Of a stretch of DNA of 64,000 nt, positions 63,687-64,000 are shown in pieces; within the stretch, counting starts at the first letter, position 1; the number at the start of each line of letters is the position of its first letter. A program made the position numbers and the translations under genes. The notes beneath the pieces were generated by a model that worked only from the letters and a program-made list of their open reading frames with translations, ran no database searches and was not told the DNA's origin. The stretch covers positions 15,066,001 to 15,130,000 of the forward strand of contig CM060733.1 in the NCBI GenBank assembly GCA_030704615.1, given 5' to 3'. This DNA comes from Takakia lepidozioides (lineage: Eukaryota > Plantae > Bryophyta).

Positions 63687-64000
63687 ATATATAATGGGGC
63701 TTCACACTACTAACTTGAAAAAGCATGGGCCGAGGCGTCCTCCTTTAAAAAAAAAATAGGGGTCTAGGGGTTTTCCTTTAGAATGTGAGCATAGAAAAAT
63801 GGAGACTTGAGCACAAAACACAGTAATAGGGTTCGAATGTTTTCACAGAAATGGAAAACAAGACAGAAATAGGGTCCCATTTACTACACGCAAATAGGGT
63901 TCTTACAATTATATCTGCAAATTATATGGTAAATATAACTATATTACTACATATAACAAATTTGATATTATTTGCAGAAATAACAATTATTGGAAGAAAT

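Overview
Eukaryotic nuclear DNA from a land plant. The intron-rich genes, PLS-DYW PPR sequence, VAPYRIN-type gene and Pol iota-type polymerase suggest a non-flowering plant such as a bryophyte or lycophyte (inference). Genes in order: a probable terminal exon of an unidentified gene, class II CPD photolyase (-), TGD3/ABCI13 (+), SGT-type TPR co-chaperone (+), a small membrane protein plus an inverted degenerate paralogue, SF3A2 (-) head-to-head with a 68-aa BRAWNIN/DUF4516-like microprotein (+), a 9-kb rearranged and partly palindromic PPR-DYW pseudogene locus, an intronless VAPYRIN-family gene (-), a Y-family polymerase with a Pol iota catalytic core and a Pol eta-like UBZ/NLS/PIP tail (-), and a segmental duplication carrying two copies of an orphan 2-TM ORF. 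Mobile DNA includes an inverted L1 containing a Tourist-like MITE, a tRNA-SINE-like element and copia-like remnants. The most striking observation is five 5'-truncated copies (about 35-355 bp) of one tail-less LINE 3' end. All five lie in introns, all are sense to the host gene and all are beside CT-rich tracts, and three have clear 12-16 bp target-site duplications. Family calls come from recalled motifs, not database searches. Exon boundaries were read by hand.
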